This document shows positions 25,201-39,230 of a DNA stretch of 64,000 nt, piece by piece (the stretch's first letter is position 1; each line of letters opens with the position of its first letter). The stretch covers positions 248,001-312,000 of the forward strand of contig JAKIMF020000005.1 of assembly GCA_022605425.2 (NCBI GenBank), read 5' to 3'. Source of the stretch: Hamiltosporidium tvaerminnensis FI-OER-3-3 (lineage: Eukaryota; Fungi; Microsporidia). Position numbers and translations under genes: made by a program. Below the pieces are notes generated by a model. The model did no database searches and was not told the DNA's origin. It saw only the letters and a list, made by a program, of their open reading frames with translations.

Positions 25201-25976
25201 TGCAGTTATCGTCATCGGCACACAAGAATCAGAATACTCACCGATAATTCGATTAATAAGGTCCAAAACTTTACTGTCAACCAATTCACTTGGAAGCTTT
25301 CGAGTTCGGACCACCACTTTTCCAATTTCCTTCTCCGAGATTTCTTTGATTTTACTCAAAAATTTATCTCTCGGGTTTATGTACTCCGTGGTGTCAGTCA
25401 GGGTGCATGGCTCAGTGAGACAAGTGGCGATTCTACGTCGCTCTCCATTCTCTTCTTGCCTAGCTTCCCTTTCTGCCTCATTTTGTGCGAGTTTTTTAAA
25501 CGCATCGATATCTAATGTGCAGCCAAATTTCTCATTATAGTACCTCAGAGTAGCGGGCCAGCCATTTCTGGGCATTCTCTCAAACCTTTTTTGCACTGTT
25601 AGAATAGAATCTAGGCCAGTCTTGCTCTACGACTGTGACAGAGTCAAGTATTGAGTGCAATACCATCAGTCGATTCTCTTCTAGACTGGTATCTGTATTG
25701 AGGTTTGTCATGCCGTTGGCTGGTCCACACGCAGTTGCATCGGTACCAGAAGACGAGGGTATGGTGTCAACCAAGCAGACTGGACTAGTCTGACAACTAC
25801 TACTTGGTGGGTGGGTGATGTTATGAAAGGTCGGTGGAGGTGGAAGTCTTTCGGATAACATTGCTACATCTACATCACACATCAAAATCTCTCCTGCGCT
25901 GTTCTCCAAGTTGTTTACAGCCTTTATTTTTTCATTTCTTATATTTTCGCTGTCTACTTTTTTTTCTTCTACCCAT
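22206..25976 (-). mobile_element. Near full-length non-LTR retrotransposon, RT + CCHC + PD-(D/E)xK restriction-like endonuclease (R4/Dong-like), disrupted
   Basis: ORF pieces carry KAAGIDGI, YRPITC, GILQRDSLSP, LFIDDLKL, YKYLG, CQHY...HLATRC and (R)SDIFILD...IEE...EKLRQY. Several stops and frameshifts; AT-rich 3' tail. Confidence 0.93.
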
Positions 25977-26194
25977 AAATACAAATTAAGAGATAAAATT
26001 TAATTTAATAATGATAAATGTCCTTTTAAAGTGTAAATAAATATAAAACTTTTCTAATAATTCGATTTCGGTATAAATTGTAAATAATTATAAATTTCCT
26101 TGTAAATTGTAAATAAAACTTTTTCTAAAAATTAAACACCTCAAATCTAAAAAAAATACTGCCTTTTTAAAATAAATTTATTTTAAATTTAAAA

Positions 26195-27502
26195 TTATGA
26201 TTTCGAGCCAAATATTGAATCCCATTTTATATATTCTTCTAAATCACTCTTATTAACGCTTTTTCTAATTTGAGTACTGGCTTTTAAAAAATCATTAAAC
26301 ACTATTGGTCTCGTAGAATCATTAGAAACCTTTAAAATATCTTCAATTTCACGTAAAGGTTCCATTGCGGCTTCTCTACAAAGATTGTATAAATCAGAAC
26401 CGGAATAGCCATCAGTTAATTTTGAAATTTCTTCAAGTTTATCTTCAGTTATTAGATTGGTAAATTCTTTTATAAGATTTCTTATTAAATTTTTTCTTGC
26501 TTCGTTTTCTGGTAACGGAACATAAATTCTTTTTACGAGTCTTCGTCTTGCTGCTTCGTCTATTTCTTGGGGTCGATTGGTTGCGCCAATAACTAATATT
26601 TTATCTGTTGATAAAGTAGACACACCATCGAATTGCACCAAAAATTCTGTTTTAATTCTTCGAGTACCTTCATTTTCGTTTTCACTTCTTTGAGACAACA
26701 AAGAATCAATTTCATCAATAAAAATTACAGAAGGCTGAAGTTCTCTTGCCAAAGAAAACAATGCTCTAACCATTTTTTCACCTTCACCTACCCATTTAGA
26801 TGTGAGTGAAGATGCACTTATAGAAAAGAATGTGGCTTTACACTGACTGGCTATACATTTTCCTATCATAGTTTTTCCATTGCCTGGCGGTCCAAAGAGC
26901 AGCATTCCCTTAGAAGGTTCTCTTAATCCTTTAAAAATATCAGGGCGAATCATTGGCCATACCACAATTTCATTTATTGTTTTTTTAACACTTTCTAATC
27001 CTATAATATCTTCCCATTTGATGCTTACAGTTCCTTCTAATATTTCACTTCTAATTCTATCATAAATTGCTTGATTCTGTGTATTTTCTTTTGAATTTGT
27101 TTCTTTTAATTTCTTATTTTGTACCGAATTGTTAGTTGAAGAATCGGTATTTTCTATATTTTGATTATTTGCTTTCTTAAATTCGTTATTGGTAAATTTC
27201 TTATTGTTTAGTTGATTTTGACACGAACATAATTTATCTGTAAAAAAGTCACTACTTATTTCTTTTTCTGTCAATAAAGAAGATATTTTTTCTAAATCTG
27301 CTGGTATACCAACACCAATATAATCAGATAGAACTGGAAAATTTGAATGGTTCTTTGAAACATTATAGAGAACAGATTTATAGAGGTTTTCATATTGGTT
27401 CTTTATATTTTCACTACGTAACTCTTTTGGAATAAAAGTGGGACATTCCGGAATATTATTTTCTTCTAATTTCTTCTGCAGTTCGAAAAATTCTTTTTTC
27501 AT
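26195..27502 (-). CDS. Meiotic-clade AAA+ ATPase, fidgetin-like 1 / Sap1-Yta6-like
   Basis: [62 protein letters not shown]. The likely start is MKKEFF (27502); the extension to 27652 is AT-rich noise. Confidence 0.9.
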   Translation of the reverse strand: MKKEFFELQKKLEENNIPECPTFIPKELRSENIKNQYENLYKSVLYNVSKNHSNFPVLSDYIGVGIPADLEKISSLLTEKEISSDFFTDKLCSCQNQLNNKKFTNNEFKKANNQNIENTDSSTNNSVQNKKLKETNSKENTQNQAIYDRIRSEILEGTVSIKWEDIIGLESVKKTINEIVVWPMIRPDIFKGLREPSKGMLLFGPPGNGKTMIGKCIASQCKATFFSISASSLTSKWVGEGEKMVRALFSLARELQPSVIFIDEIDSLLSQRSENENEGTRRIKTEFLVQFDGVSTLSTDKILVIGATNRPQEIDEAARRRLVKRIYVPLPENEARKNLIRNLIKEFTNLITEDKLEEISKLTDGYSGSDLYNLCREAAMEPLREIEDILKVSNDSTRPIVFNDFLKASTQIRKSVNKSDLEEYIKWDSIFGSKS

Positions 27503-27687
27503 GCATAAATTTTGAAACAAAATATTTATTTCTTTTTCAAAAAAATAAATGATATGAATCAACAAAATTTTTATATTTGAGCAATAAAATTTCCAAAAGA
27601 ATAAATTTATTTTATTTAAGAAAAATACATGGATTTTATTAAAAGAGAGCAATGTTTTATATTTATTGCCTTTATTTTCAATTTAAT

Positions 27688-28395
27688 CGTTGAGAGCGCA
27701 TAAACACTAAAACCTATCCACCGGCAAAAAGTATAAAATTGATGTAAAAATTATTGTTGAGATTTTCGGTGAACCAGAAAACGTTTAAATTTTCGGTTGT
27801 TCAAAGCATAAGTATATACAAGAAAGTCTACAAAACTTTGAGGAATTTTCCACCAAAATAATTTGTTATTTTTTATGTTATCAAATTCTAAACAAAGATT
27901 GAATTTTTGGCAAATTTTCATATAGAATCATAGAAGCCTAACATTTCTTACTCGAGTTAGTAGACTATACGTCTGGAGAATACAAAAAAGCATCATTTTA
28001 AAAGCCAGAAATGCTAGGTAGCAGGTTATACGTGTTGTTATGATATTTCAATGTTTAGGTGAACATAATTGTAAGTCACCAACAAATATTTTAGTAGAAA
28101 TTCTGTTCAGGTCGAAAAGTGTGGTGTAAGTTAGAATGCTGCTGGTCTCGGAGATGCCTAAGGGAAGTTTCTATATCGATCAAGGTTTGAGCGACGAGCA
28201 TGAACAAACTCCGGGTAACGACCTCGTACATTAAGGGAACTCATCACATTTTTTATTAGAAAAGCCTTGTGAATATGTATAGTAGGAGATACCGATGAAA
28301 TATTAGAGAGAGATTAATTATCTATGTTAAACCTAGAAATGCGTTAATGTCATGAAAACAATATAACATATGCTACTCTTTTTAAAAGATATAAA
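27688..28395 (+). repeat. ~700-bp dispersed non-coding element, copy D (strongly diverged)
   Basis: Collinear blocks TTACTCGAGTTAG, AAAGCCAGAAATGCTAGGTAGCAGGTTATAC and CCTAGAAATGCGTTAATGTCATGAAAACA. Confidence 0.8.
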
Positions 28396-29535
28396 CATAT
28401 TAAATTAAACTTTCAAATATATTCTTTCGTAATATATTTAGCCAAAATTCAAAGGAAAATCATATTTTTTTATAATGCATGCCAATAAAAATAAAAGTTT
28501 AAATCATACAAATATCAAAATTATTAAACTCAAAGTTTGTAGAAATTTCAATCAAAAAATTGATACAAAATATATAATAGAGTTAAAATAAAGTGGAATA
28601 GGCAAATAAACCCGACATAGGGGATATAAGTTTAGTCATAAAAAGAAAAATATGCTTCATTAATTAGATTTTAAAATCAACAGCATCAAATTTTAGTTTT
28701 TTGTTTCTATTTATAGATTTTAAAACATTAAAGTATAACTTACAGTTTTCCGATGCTTTATTTGAATGTTTAATATTAAAATAATTTCATGGAAATATGC
28801 AAAAGTCTATTATAACATTCAATAAAATTGGATAGGGTATTTAAAAGAACACGAAATAACTTATGAATAAATACTATAAATTCACCAGGTAAAACTAAAT
28901 AAATATTCAAATTATTTATTTTTATATCATGGCAAAAATTCAAGTAAAGTCTTAAGTTTAAAACGAAAGGTAAAGCCAATATAAAGTTACTTATATTGTG
29001 TAATATATCTTGAAAAATTGTAAAAATACATCAATATGTAAAAATTAAAAATAAAGAATCAAATATGCCAATATAAATACAGATATGAAATTATAGGTAT
29101 AAAATCAAGTCAAATCTTAACGATGAAACGAGATAAATAAATAGTTAATAAGAATGAATAATTAAAAAATGGCAGTTCAGATGCGACAGCACAATAAAAA
29201 ATTGAAAAAATATATAGTGCCAGATATATTTAAAAAGGTTTCTGATGTATTTATATTATAATATTAAGAAACTCTGTTTATTTAAGCTTAAAATGCTATT
29301 GGAAACCAAAAAGAATCTCGTTTAAATTTTTAAATTGTAATATTGCTTAAAAATAGTTTTTTAATTTTTAAAATATTTAATTTTAATATAAAATTTTCTT
29401 TCTTTGATTTTTTGATAATAATACAAAAAGAACGATCTTGTCCTTAATTTATTCTATATACAAATTTATCGAAAATCCTGATATATTGCGATAATATTAT
29501 TTTTTAATAAAATTTATTTGCAAGGGTAGCAAGTT

Positions 29536-31851
29536 ATGATGTGTGAAGCAATCTTGAAGGCAAATAATATAAAAACAAATTTCACATTTTGGTCGTTATG
29601 TATTCTCTCAATATCCGAAGTAATATTAACACAAAAGACAATCGCTATAAATTTTTATGAAACAAAAGAAATCCAATTAACAGAGAATGGAACGAAGAAT
29701 TGCGATTATTTTGATGAGTTTTCCTATTTTGACGATCAAAAACCCGTTCTTTATAGTTTGGATTCAAATAGTAAAGTTTTACAGGTATTTATAATTAATT
29801 TGGAAACTTTCTTCTTGAATTTTTCTAATGAAGAGGAAATACAAGAAAACCAGCAACATAACATATATATAAATATAAATATATTGAGTTATAACGAATT
29901 TTTATACTTTTATAATATAGTAATGTGTTTTCCATTTTTAATTGAAAATGTGAACGAAATCAGATATCAGCTTATGCTTAAAATATGTGATATTCTCAAG
30001 ATTAAAACAAATAAGCTTTTTGAAAAATTTATTCGTTTGATACTATTTTTTCAGATATTTAATCCAGGAGCAACAAACAAATGGAAAGTCATATCTACTT
30101 CAAAAAGTTATCGATGTTCTGGTATTATATCTAAAAAGGCTATTGTAGAATTTTTTAAAATTTATTTTATTTCAGAAAAAACACAAAAAAAGATAAAAGA
30201 TATTTCCCGTGCTTTATATTTAACTGCTGACTTTTCCTTTGATTTTATAAAGTTGACCGATGATTTTCTCTATCTCGATGACGATATTCTAAATGAAATT
30301 TTAGAAAAAGTTAAAAAATCAAATGATGATCTAAAAATATTTGATTATATATTTTGTATTCATGAATTTACCTGCATATTTTTGAGTGAGATATCTTATA
30401 CCGATGTATATGATCAGTTATTTGATTCGTCGCTATTTAAAAATCTTAATGAAATATTTATAAATCGATGTCTAAATGCAGATGTATTAATTCAAAAAAT
30501 TTATAATTCTTGTGGTTCGAAATGTATTAAAACCTTAAATATTATTGAATCGGATTTTACAATGAAATATGAAATTCCATGGTTAAGAAAGCTTGATTTC
30601 GAGGCTGTAAATTATATTGTTGGAAATTATGGCCGTTTAGCCATTTTTTACAACTCAGATGCCAGTCCACTGGTTCAAAATATTTTTTCAAGATTTATAG
30701 ATGAAATATACGAAGAAAACAAACCAAATATTTTTGTGCGCACAAGTGAAGTATCTTGTTATGATCAAGATAAAAAGTTTTTCGTTCAGTTTTATCAAGA
30801 AAGAAGTAAATTAGAGAATTTTACAACACCAAATTCACCAATCCAAACATATATCTACACTGAATTAATCAATGCTTTTTTATCATTCAATTTCTATATT
30901 ATAAATTTTTCTGAATTAAAGAATATAAAGATTCATCTTTCAAATACCTGCATTAAGGATTTCAACATACGTGAATCCGAAATACTAAACAATATAAGTA
31001 CAGTGAGTATCGTTGATTCCACACTCGATGCTATTTTTTTGTCGAAAATTCTAATGCTTCTTTCTTTGAAATATGTTATTTTTATGAAATGTATAGTTAC
31101 ATTCCATAAAAACGTGATCGATTTTAATGTAAACAGAAAAATTGTAAAACTTTATTTTGGAAATTCTTCAATTGATGACCAGAATCATTTTTTTAAATTT
31201 ATAAATCATATGGTAGGCTTGAAAATACTAGATATCCACAGTTCTAGTTGTTGTAAAAATTCAAATATTTTTGCATTTAAAACAGATAGTAGTACTTTAG
31301 ATTTTTCCAATCTTAAGTCTTTAAGATATCATGTTTTTTACTTCAACAAAGATATTAAACCAGTATTTCCAAAATTTTTACAACTTTTACAATTTGATTT
31401 TGGAGTAAATTATCCAAAGGGTACACTCAATAAGATATTTTATAACAATAATTTTAGCTGTCTTGAGAAATTAAATATTTATGGAAGTTACATAGGAAAA
31501 AAAGATGAATTAGCCTTTGAAAATTACATAAATCTTCTTTCTCTATGTTTTTTTGGATATTCCGAATGTTCGGAAATGAATTTTTGTAAACTTTTCAATT
31601 CGAATAATATATACTCATTGAAGAAACTAAAACTTCCTGATATAGAAATTACTTGTTTGGATTTGGAATTTCTCTCAAAACTCAAGTGTTTAAAAAATAT
31701 ATATATTTATAGTTTAGCCCCACAAGTCAATATATTTTATTTCATTACATCATTATTATTTGTCCAAAAAATTGAAATCGCTAAAAAATCAAATTATATA
31801 AATGAAATATATGAAGAGTTTGGTAAAAAATTAAAATCTAACATGATATAA
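29536..31851 (+). CDS. Lineage-specific LRR-like protein with an N-terminal hydrophobic segment (family member 1)
   Basis: 771-aa ORF. Hydrophobic FTFWSLCILSISEVIL near the N-terminus and repeated LxxLxL units in the C-terminal half. GGG motif before the ATG. Confidence 0.7.
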   Translation: MMCEAILKANNIKTNFTFWSLCILSISEVILTQKTIAINFYETKEIQLTENGTKNCDYFDEFSYFDDQKPVLYSLDSNSKVLQVFIINLETFFLNFSNEEEIQENQQHNIYININILSYNEFLYFYNIVMCFPFLIENVNEIRYQLMLKICDILKIKTNKLFEKFIRLILFFQIFNPGATNKWKVISTSKSYRCSGIISKKAIVEFFKIYFISEKTQKKIKDISRALYLTADFSFDFIKLTDDFLYLDDDILNEILEKVKKSNDDLKIFDYIFCIHEFTCIFLSEISYTDVYDQLFDSSLFKNLNEIFINRCLNADVLIQKIYNSCGSKCIKTLNIIESDFTMKYEIPWLRKLDFEAVNYIVGNYGRLAIFYNSDASPLVQNIFSRFIDEIYEENKPNIFVRTSEVSCYDQDKKFFVQFYQERSKLENFTTPNSPIQTYIYTELINAFLSFNFYIINFSELKNIKIHLSNTCIKDFNIRESEILNNISTVSIVDSTLDAIFLSKILMLLSLKYVIFMKCIVTFHKNVIDFNVNRKIVKLYFGNSSIDDQNHFFKFINHMVGLKILDIHSSSCCKNSNIFAFKTDSSTLDFSNLKSLRYHVFYFNKDIKPVFPKFLQLLQFDFGVNYPKGTLNKIFYNNNFSCLEKLNIYGSYIGKKDELAFENYINLLSLCFFGYSECSEMNFCKLFNSNNIYSLKKLKLPDIEITCLDLEFLSKLKCLKNIYIYSLAPQVNIFYFITSLLFVQKIEIAKKSNYINEIYEEFGKKLKSNMI

Positions 31852-32317
31852 TAATTCTTTTAAGATTGAGTCATTATAAGAATTTTCTAAAAAAAGTTTT
31901 AAAATTACTAAAGTAACTATAAATTTTAAAACAATACAATTATATAATCAAATGAAATTAAAAATTTTATAAACTTTTTTTAATATTATATTATCACTAT
32001 TATTTGGCTAGTGATGTTCATTTGAGCTCTTAATACTTCGTTATTTTTGTGCAATTTTAGAATGGTGATTATATTTATAAGTGATATTTGTATAAAAAAC
32101 TTAAATTTACCTGTAAATAACCTATGAGCACAATTAAATGTCGTAATCATATCCGATCCCCTATATTTATAAGATCTTTTTGTTTAAATTTCTATTTTTT
32201 TCCTACAAAGAGAAACCCATAAAAATGGGTTTTACAAAAAAAATATATATTTTTCCTAATTAAATTTCTTTCCGGATGTTCTAACTGGAAAAGTTTCAAA
32301 GAAAGCTTAAAATTTGG

Positions 32318-34413
<2,096 letters not shown>

Positions 34414-34424
34414 TTATTTAAAAG

Positions 34425-35150
34425 TATCACATCTTTTTTAAAATAGTGGCAAGTGTTATATTTGTTTTTATGACATTAACGCAGTTCTAGGTTTAACATA
34501 AATAACTGTTACCTCAACATTCCATCGGTACCTCCTGCAATGCCTACGTCTTAAAGCCGTTCATATACCAGGTGAGTAGAACCTTAGTAATAGACGAAGC
34601 AGTTTCCCGGTGTTCGTTACTGTCCGTATGATGGAGTGTGATCAGAGAGCCAACCCCTCTGGGCCCTCACAAGATTATGCGGCATTCTCACTTACTCTAC
34701 ACTTTCTGAATCTAATAAACTTTTAGCTAAGATATATTTCAGAGACTTACATGGGGTCCACCCAGACAGTGCAATGCCATACCAACAGGTATAACCTGCT
34801 ACTTAGCTTTCCCGGCTTTTAATGGGTTTTATTTTTATATCTCTCAGGCGCTCAGTCTTCTAACCCGAGTGAGCAAGGCTAAGTTTCCATGCTTTTACAT
34901 GGCAATTACCTACATGTTCAGTTGCGGTTTACAATCTGGTTACATAAAAAACTACAAATAAATTTGTAGAAAAGTTTCTCCATTTCTTAGACCTCTCCTC
35001 CTCCTAAAAACTCCCATGGAATAACCAAAAATGTAGTGGGGTATTATTCTCCCCCCAAGAAAAAAAAATTTAAGCAATGATCTTCACACCAGTTTCACAC
35101 ACTCATTGCCAAGCAAAAAGTTTTTATTGTGGTTATCCTCCCTCCACCAC
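34425..35150 (-). repeat. ~700-bp dispersed non-coding element, copy C
   Basis: TATCACATCTTTT...AGTGGCAAGTGTTATATTTG through GTGGTTATCCTCCCTCCACCAC, matching 16732-17450. Confidence 0.92.
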
Positions 35151-35324
35151 TAAATAAATAAAATAATTATTTAATAAATATAAAGAAATAAACCTTTAAT
35201 ACTAACCTTATATTTACCAATAAAATAATAAAATATTATCTTTACTATCTTTACTAATACACCAACCTTATCTTTACTAATAATATCTACCTTATTACTA
35301 ACACCTACTATCCCTACCACCAAA

Positions 35325-35580
35325 CATATAACTACCCCCTATCACTCAGTCCTATTTGTAATAACCCCACAACTCCTACCTATTAACCTTATCACTACCA
35401 TATAACTACCCCCTATCACTCAGTCCTATTTGTAATAACCCTACAACACCTATATATTAACCTTATCACTACCAATTAACTACCCCCTTCCTCGCCTTTT
35501 AAACCCCACCCTATTAACCTTATCACTACCAATTAACTACCCCCTATCACTCAGTCCTATTTGTAATAACCCTACAATCC
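35325..35580. repeat. Tandem duplications of the SEC31 3' end (last ~12 codons plus stop)
   Basis: ACTACCCCCTATCACTCAGTCCTATTTGTAATAACCC occurs at 35331, 35405 and 35536 (the real gene end), with a partial copy at ~35479. Confidence 0.9.
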
Positions 35581-38500
35581 CTACAACCCACACATCAACA
35601 CCTTTAACACCCCCATAACACCTAACAATATCCTCACACACACATCTAACCTTCTCATACCATACATCCCTTAAATCACATAACCTCTTCTCTTCTTCAC
35701 ATAATAATACCTCTTCCTCACTTACTATATATAACACCTCTTTTAATTTATTTAATATATCAATAGGTATATCATTCTTATTAATATTATTATAACACTC
35801 TAATCTACGTAAACATTCATTTATTTTATTCTTATAAATAAGACCCTTCTTTTTACTAGCTAATCTCTTAATTAATAACACCCTTTTATCAATAGTATTA
35901 ATAATATCAGTAGTGTTAGTGTTAGTGTGGGGAGGATTGTTATTTATATTAGTAGTAGTGTTAGTAGTAGGGCTAGGGTTAGTAGGAGGAGGGGAAGGAT
36001 AAGTATTAGTACTACTAACACCAATATTACTAGAAGTAGATAAGGGTGGTGATATAGGCTTGTTATATAAAGGTACTGTTCTATTCAATGGTTTAACATA
36101 TCCACTACCCATACTACTACTTATATTAGTATCTATTGGCTTTGTATATCCTGTTGTTCTTATATTATCTTCTTTATTATTAAAAGGTGTTGTATTAGTA
36201 GTATTTAAAGGGGGTGTTATTTTACTATTAAGTTGTCCATAGGTTTTACTGTTACGTAACTGTCCATAGGTATGTGGCTTAGTAGGTATATTAGTAGTAG
36301 GGGGTATGGGGGGTATGTTAGAGGGGGATATAGAAGGTGTGTTAGTAGAGGGCATAGAAGGTATGCTGGAAGTAGGTATGTTACCAGTATTACTAGTGTT
36401 GGGTATAGGGGGTGTGTATTGTCTAGTTAATGGTTTAGGAATTGAAGGAGTAACAGGGTGTTGGGGTGTAGGAGTAAAGGGGTGTTGTTTATAAGGATTG
36501 TTACCAACACCCTGTTGTTTATAAGTATTGTTGTTAAAGGGATGTAAGGCATTAGTAGGCTCAATAACACCCTTTAAACCACCAGTACTGTTACTAACAC
36601 CCTCTAATATATTATTCTTACCACTAACACCCCTTACTTCCATCTTACTTACCTTACTACTAACACCCTCTACCCTATCCTTATAACTTACCTTGTTATA
36701 CTTACTATACTCTCTCATTAAAATACTATCATTAACACCTCCCATAGTATAACACTCTCCTACAACACTACCATATTTCTTAAGTGTTTCTATTACTTTA
36801 AATACACTTTTAGGTATTTCAAATTCATTGTTACGTACCTTAAAGTATTTTTTTAAATTACCAGCAAGTAAATAACATATAAGTGAGTAATAAGTATAAG
36901 TGTTGTTAGTAAAAGGGTGTTGTTCATCAGTACTGTTGTTAATAGGGTGTTGTTCCTTAGTACTGTTGTTAATAGGGTGTTGTTCCTTATCCATATAATT
37001 AACACCCTCTTCTTTACTAGTACTGTTATTAACACCCTCTTCTTTAATAGTACTGTTATTATCACCCTTTACACTACTAACCTTATCACTAACACCCTCT
37101 AATCTACTATTACTCAGTCTATCACCTAATATTGTAAGTAACTCACTATACTCATCATAACACACATCAATATAACACAACAAATATAAAACAACATACC
37201 ACTGTTCTAACACAACATTATCAACAACATACTTATATTCATTACATAACACACATAACAATAAATGTATTTTATCATTTTTAGTTTTATTTCTTAATTC
37301 TTTTATTTTTACTTTTATTTCTTCTTTATTCATACATAGTAGTATTGTATATATTAAAGGGTGTTGTTCTTTGGATTTTAAAGCTAAGTCATAAGCATTT
37401 ATAAAGTCACCCTTTAACAAAGACAAAGTAATAACATCCTTTAAATCAAAGGAAATAAAGGTAGTGCTAATGGGGTGTTGTTTATTAGTACTATTACTAA
37501 GAGGGTGTTGTTTAATAGTACTGTCATTATCACCCTGTTGTTTACTAGTACTCTTAATAAGAGGGTGTTGTTTATTAGTACTGTCATTATCACCCTGTTG
37601 TTTACTAATACTGTCATTATCACCCTGTTGTTTACTACTACTATCCCTATTACTATCACCCTCTTCTAATCTATCCCTATTACTAACACCCTCTTCCAAT
37701 CTATCCTTATCATTATCACCCTCTAATCTATCCTTGTTATACTCACTAAATATTAAATCCCCAATCCTCTTCCTTACATCCCTACACAACCCCTTACCCT
37801 TATCTAATACATTACTACCCTTATCACTATCTACCATAATACTATATATACGATATATAAGTGTATTCTTATTAATATCACTAGACATATAAATCTTAGG
37901 TAATTTATAAATATTATAACACTTATTATTATAAGAATATAAATTATAAGAAGTAACAGTTAAATTAGAATTATTATAAGGTGTTATATAAGGAGTATTA
38001 TGTATATTAAGTATGTTAGTTAGTAATGTCTTACCATCTGTATAAGATATAGAAGAGAGAAGAGGAGTATAAGTGGAGAGTTGTAAGTCACTTATATTAT
38101 TAGAGGAGGTAGTAAAGGGATTAATATTATTACTATTACTATTATTAGTAGATATGCTGAGTGGCTGTGTGGTTATGGAGGTGGGTGTGGTGTATAGAAG
38201 GAAAGGGTCATCACTATTACTATTGTGTATGGAGAATGTGTTGAGATATTTGGTGGTGACTAAAGTGGTGGTTGTATCAGTGGAGAGGTCAAAGGAAAGG
38301 ATGGAGGTGGGAGAAGAGGCAAGTATAGAAGTGGTGGAGAGAGGGTGCCAGAGTATCTGAGTGATGTGTTGTAAATGTGGATGTGAAATACGAAGTACTT
38401 CTTTTTTCTGTCTTAAATCTAAAACAACAATACTTCCGGTGGTGGTGCCTGCACAGAGGATGTGTGACACTTTGGGGTTAAAAGAAAGTGAAGAAATATG

Positions 38501-38938
38501 AAAAGTGTCGGGTTTTATTTGAGGGGCTAGAAATGGCTTGTCGGGGGTGTTAATATCATATAAAATTATTTTTGAAGAAGAACCGCCAATGGATAAAAGG
38601 TGTTTGGAATGATTATATGACATACCAGTTATATCACCAGTTAGATGTGTACTGTTAGTGTAATACGGGTGTAAAGTGTCATCGTAATGTTTAAATATTT
38701 GAAATGTACCGTTTTCTTGACCGGCGGATAAAAATGAGTAGGAAGGTGATTCACACCAAAGTACTGTGTTAAAACGGAGGTCTTGGTCGAGAGTGGTGGT
38801 TTTGTTTGTTTTGTAGTTGTGTAGTGATATGTCGGAACATGATGAGAATGAAGGATCGAAGGTTCTGGATTTCGTGGCTAGTACTGCTGTGGGAGAGAAG
38901 GAAGAGAATGAAACTATGCATCTTTTGTTGAGGAGCAT
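35537..38938 (-). CDS. SEC31: COPII outer coat protein Sec31-like, with repeat insertions
   Basis: N-terminal ATKSRTFDPSFSSCSDISL (cf. Sec31 GT..G..D.SFS....LE), WD40 repeats (FNPKVSHILCAG, IVVLDLR, WHP), helical middle, Pro-rich linker and helical C-terminal domain. CCC motif before the ATG. Confidence 0.8.
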   Translation of the reverse strand: MLLNKRCIVSFSSFSPTAVLATKSRTFDPSFSSCSDISLHNYKTNKTTTLDQDLRFNTVLWCESPSYSFLSAGQENGTFQIFKHYDDTLHPYYTNSTHLTGDITGMSYNHSKHLLSIGGSSSKIILYDINTPDKPFLAPQIKPDTFHISSLSFNPKVSHILCAGTTTGSIVVLDLRQKKEVLRISHPHLQHITQILWHPLSTTSILASSPTSILSFDLSTDTTTTLVTTKYLNTFSIHNSNSDDPFLLYTTPTSITTQPLSISTNNSNSNNINPFTTSSNNISDLQLSTYTPLLSSISYTDGKTLLTNILNIHNTPYITPYNNSNLTVTSYNLYSYNNKCYNIYKLPKIYMSSDINKNTLIYRIYSIMVDSDKGSNVLDKGKGLCRDVRKRIGDLIFSEYNKDRLEGDNDKDRLEEGVSNRDRLEEGDSNRDSSSKQQGDNDSISKQQGDNDSTNKQHPLIKSTSKQQGDNDSTIKQHPLSNSTNKQHPISTTFISFDLKDVITLSLLKGDFINAYDLALKSKEQHPLIYTILLCMNKEEIKVKIKELRNKTKNDKIHLLLCVLCNEYKYVVDNVVLEQWYVVLYLLCYIDVCYDEYSELLTILGDRLSNSRLEGVSDKVSSVKGDNNSTIKEEGVNNSTSKEEGVNYMDKEQHPINNSTKEQHPINNSTDEQHPFTNNTYTYYSLICYLLAGNLKKYFKVRNNEFEIPKSVFKVIETLKKYGSVVGECYTMGGVNDSILMREYSKYNKVSYKDRVEGVSSKVSKMEVRGVSGKNNILEGVSNSTGGLKGVIEPTNALHPFNNNTYKQQGVGNNPYKQHPFTPTPQHPVTPSIPKPLTRQYTPPIPNTSNTGNIPTSSIPSMPSTNTPSISPSNIPPIPPTTNIPTKPHTYGQLRNSKTYGQLNSKITPPLNTTNTTPFNNKEDNIRTTGYTKPIDTNISSSMGSGYVKPLNRTVPLYNKPISPPLSTSSNIGVSSTNTYPSPPPTNPSPTTNTTTNINNNPPHTNTNTTDIINTIDKRVLLIKRLASKKKGLIYKNKINECLRRLECYNNINKNDIPIDILNKLKEVLYIVSEEEVLLCEEEKRLCDLRDVWYEKVRCVCEDIVRCYGGVKGVDVWVVGIVGLLQIGLSDRG

Positions 38939-38984
38939 TTTTTTAGGGGGTGGAAATAAAGGTTTTAAAAATAGGGAATAGAGA

Positions 38985-39230
38985 TTAAGTTTAAGGGTTA
39001 AGTTAGAGTAATATTAGTAAAGGGTTAAGTTAGAGTAATATTAGTAAAGGGTTATATTATATGTATATGGTTACATATATTATTATGGTTATAGACAGTA
39101 ATAATATATGTTTATAGACATTAGAGACAGTATAGAGATTAGAGACAGTATAGACATTAGAGACAGTATAGACTATAGAGTCAGGATAGACATTAAAGAT
39201 ATATAGACATTAAAGACAGTATAGATTAAC
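38985..39230. repeat. Short tandem repeats upstream of SEC31
   Basis: 27-bp AAGGGTTAAGTTAGAGTAATATTAGTA x2, then an ~18-bp TATAGACATTAGAGACAG array. Confidence 0.8.

Noticed and set aside
36895-37740. CRISPR-like repeat/spacer array
   Set aside because: The units are contiguous tandem repeats without unique spacers, inside a eukaryotic ORF.
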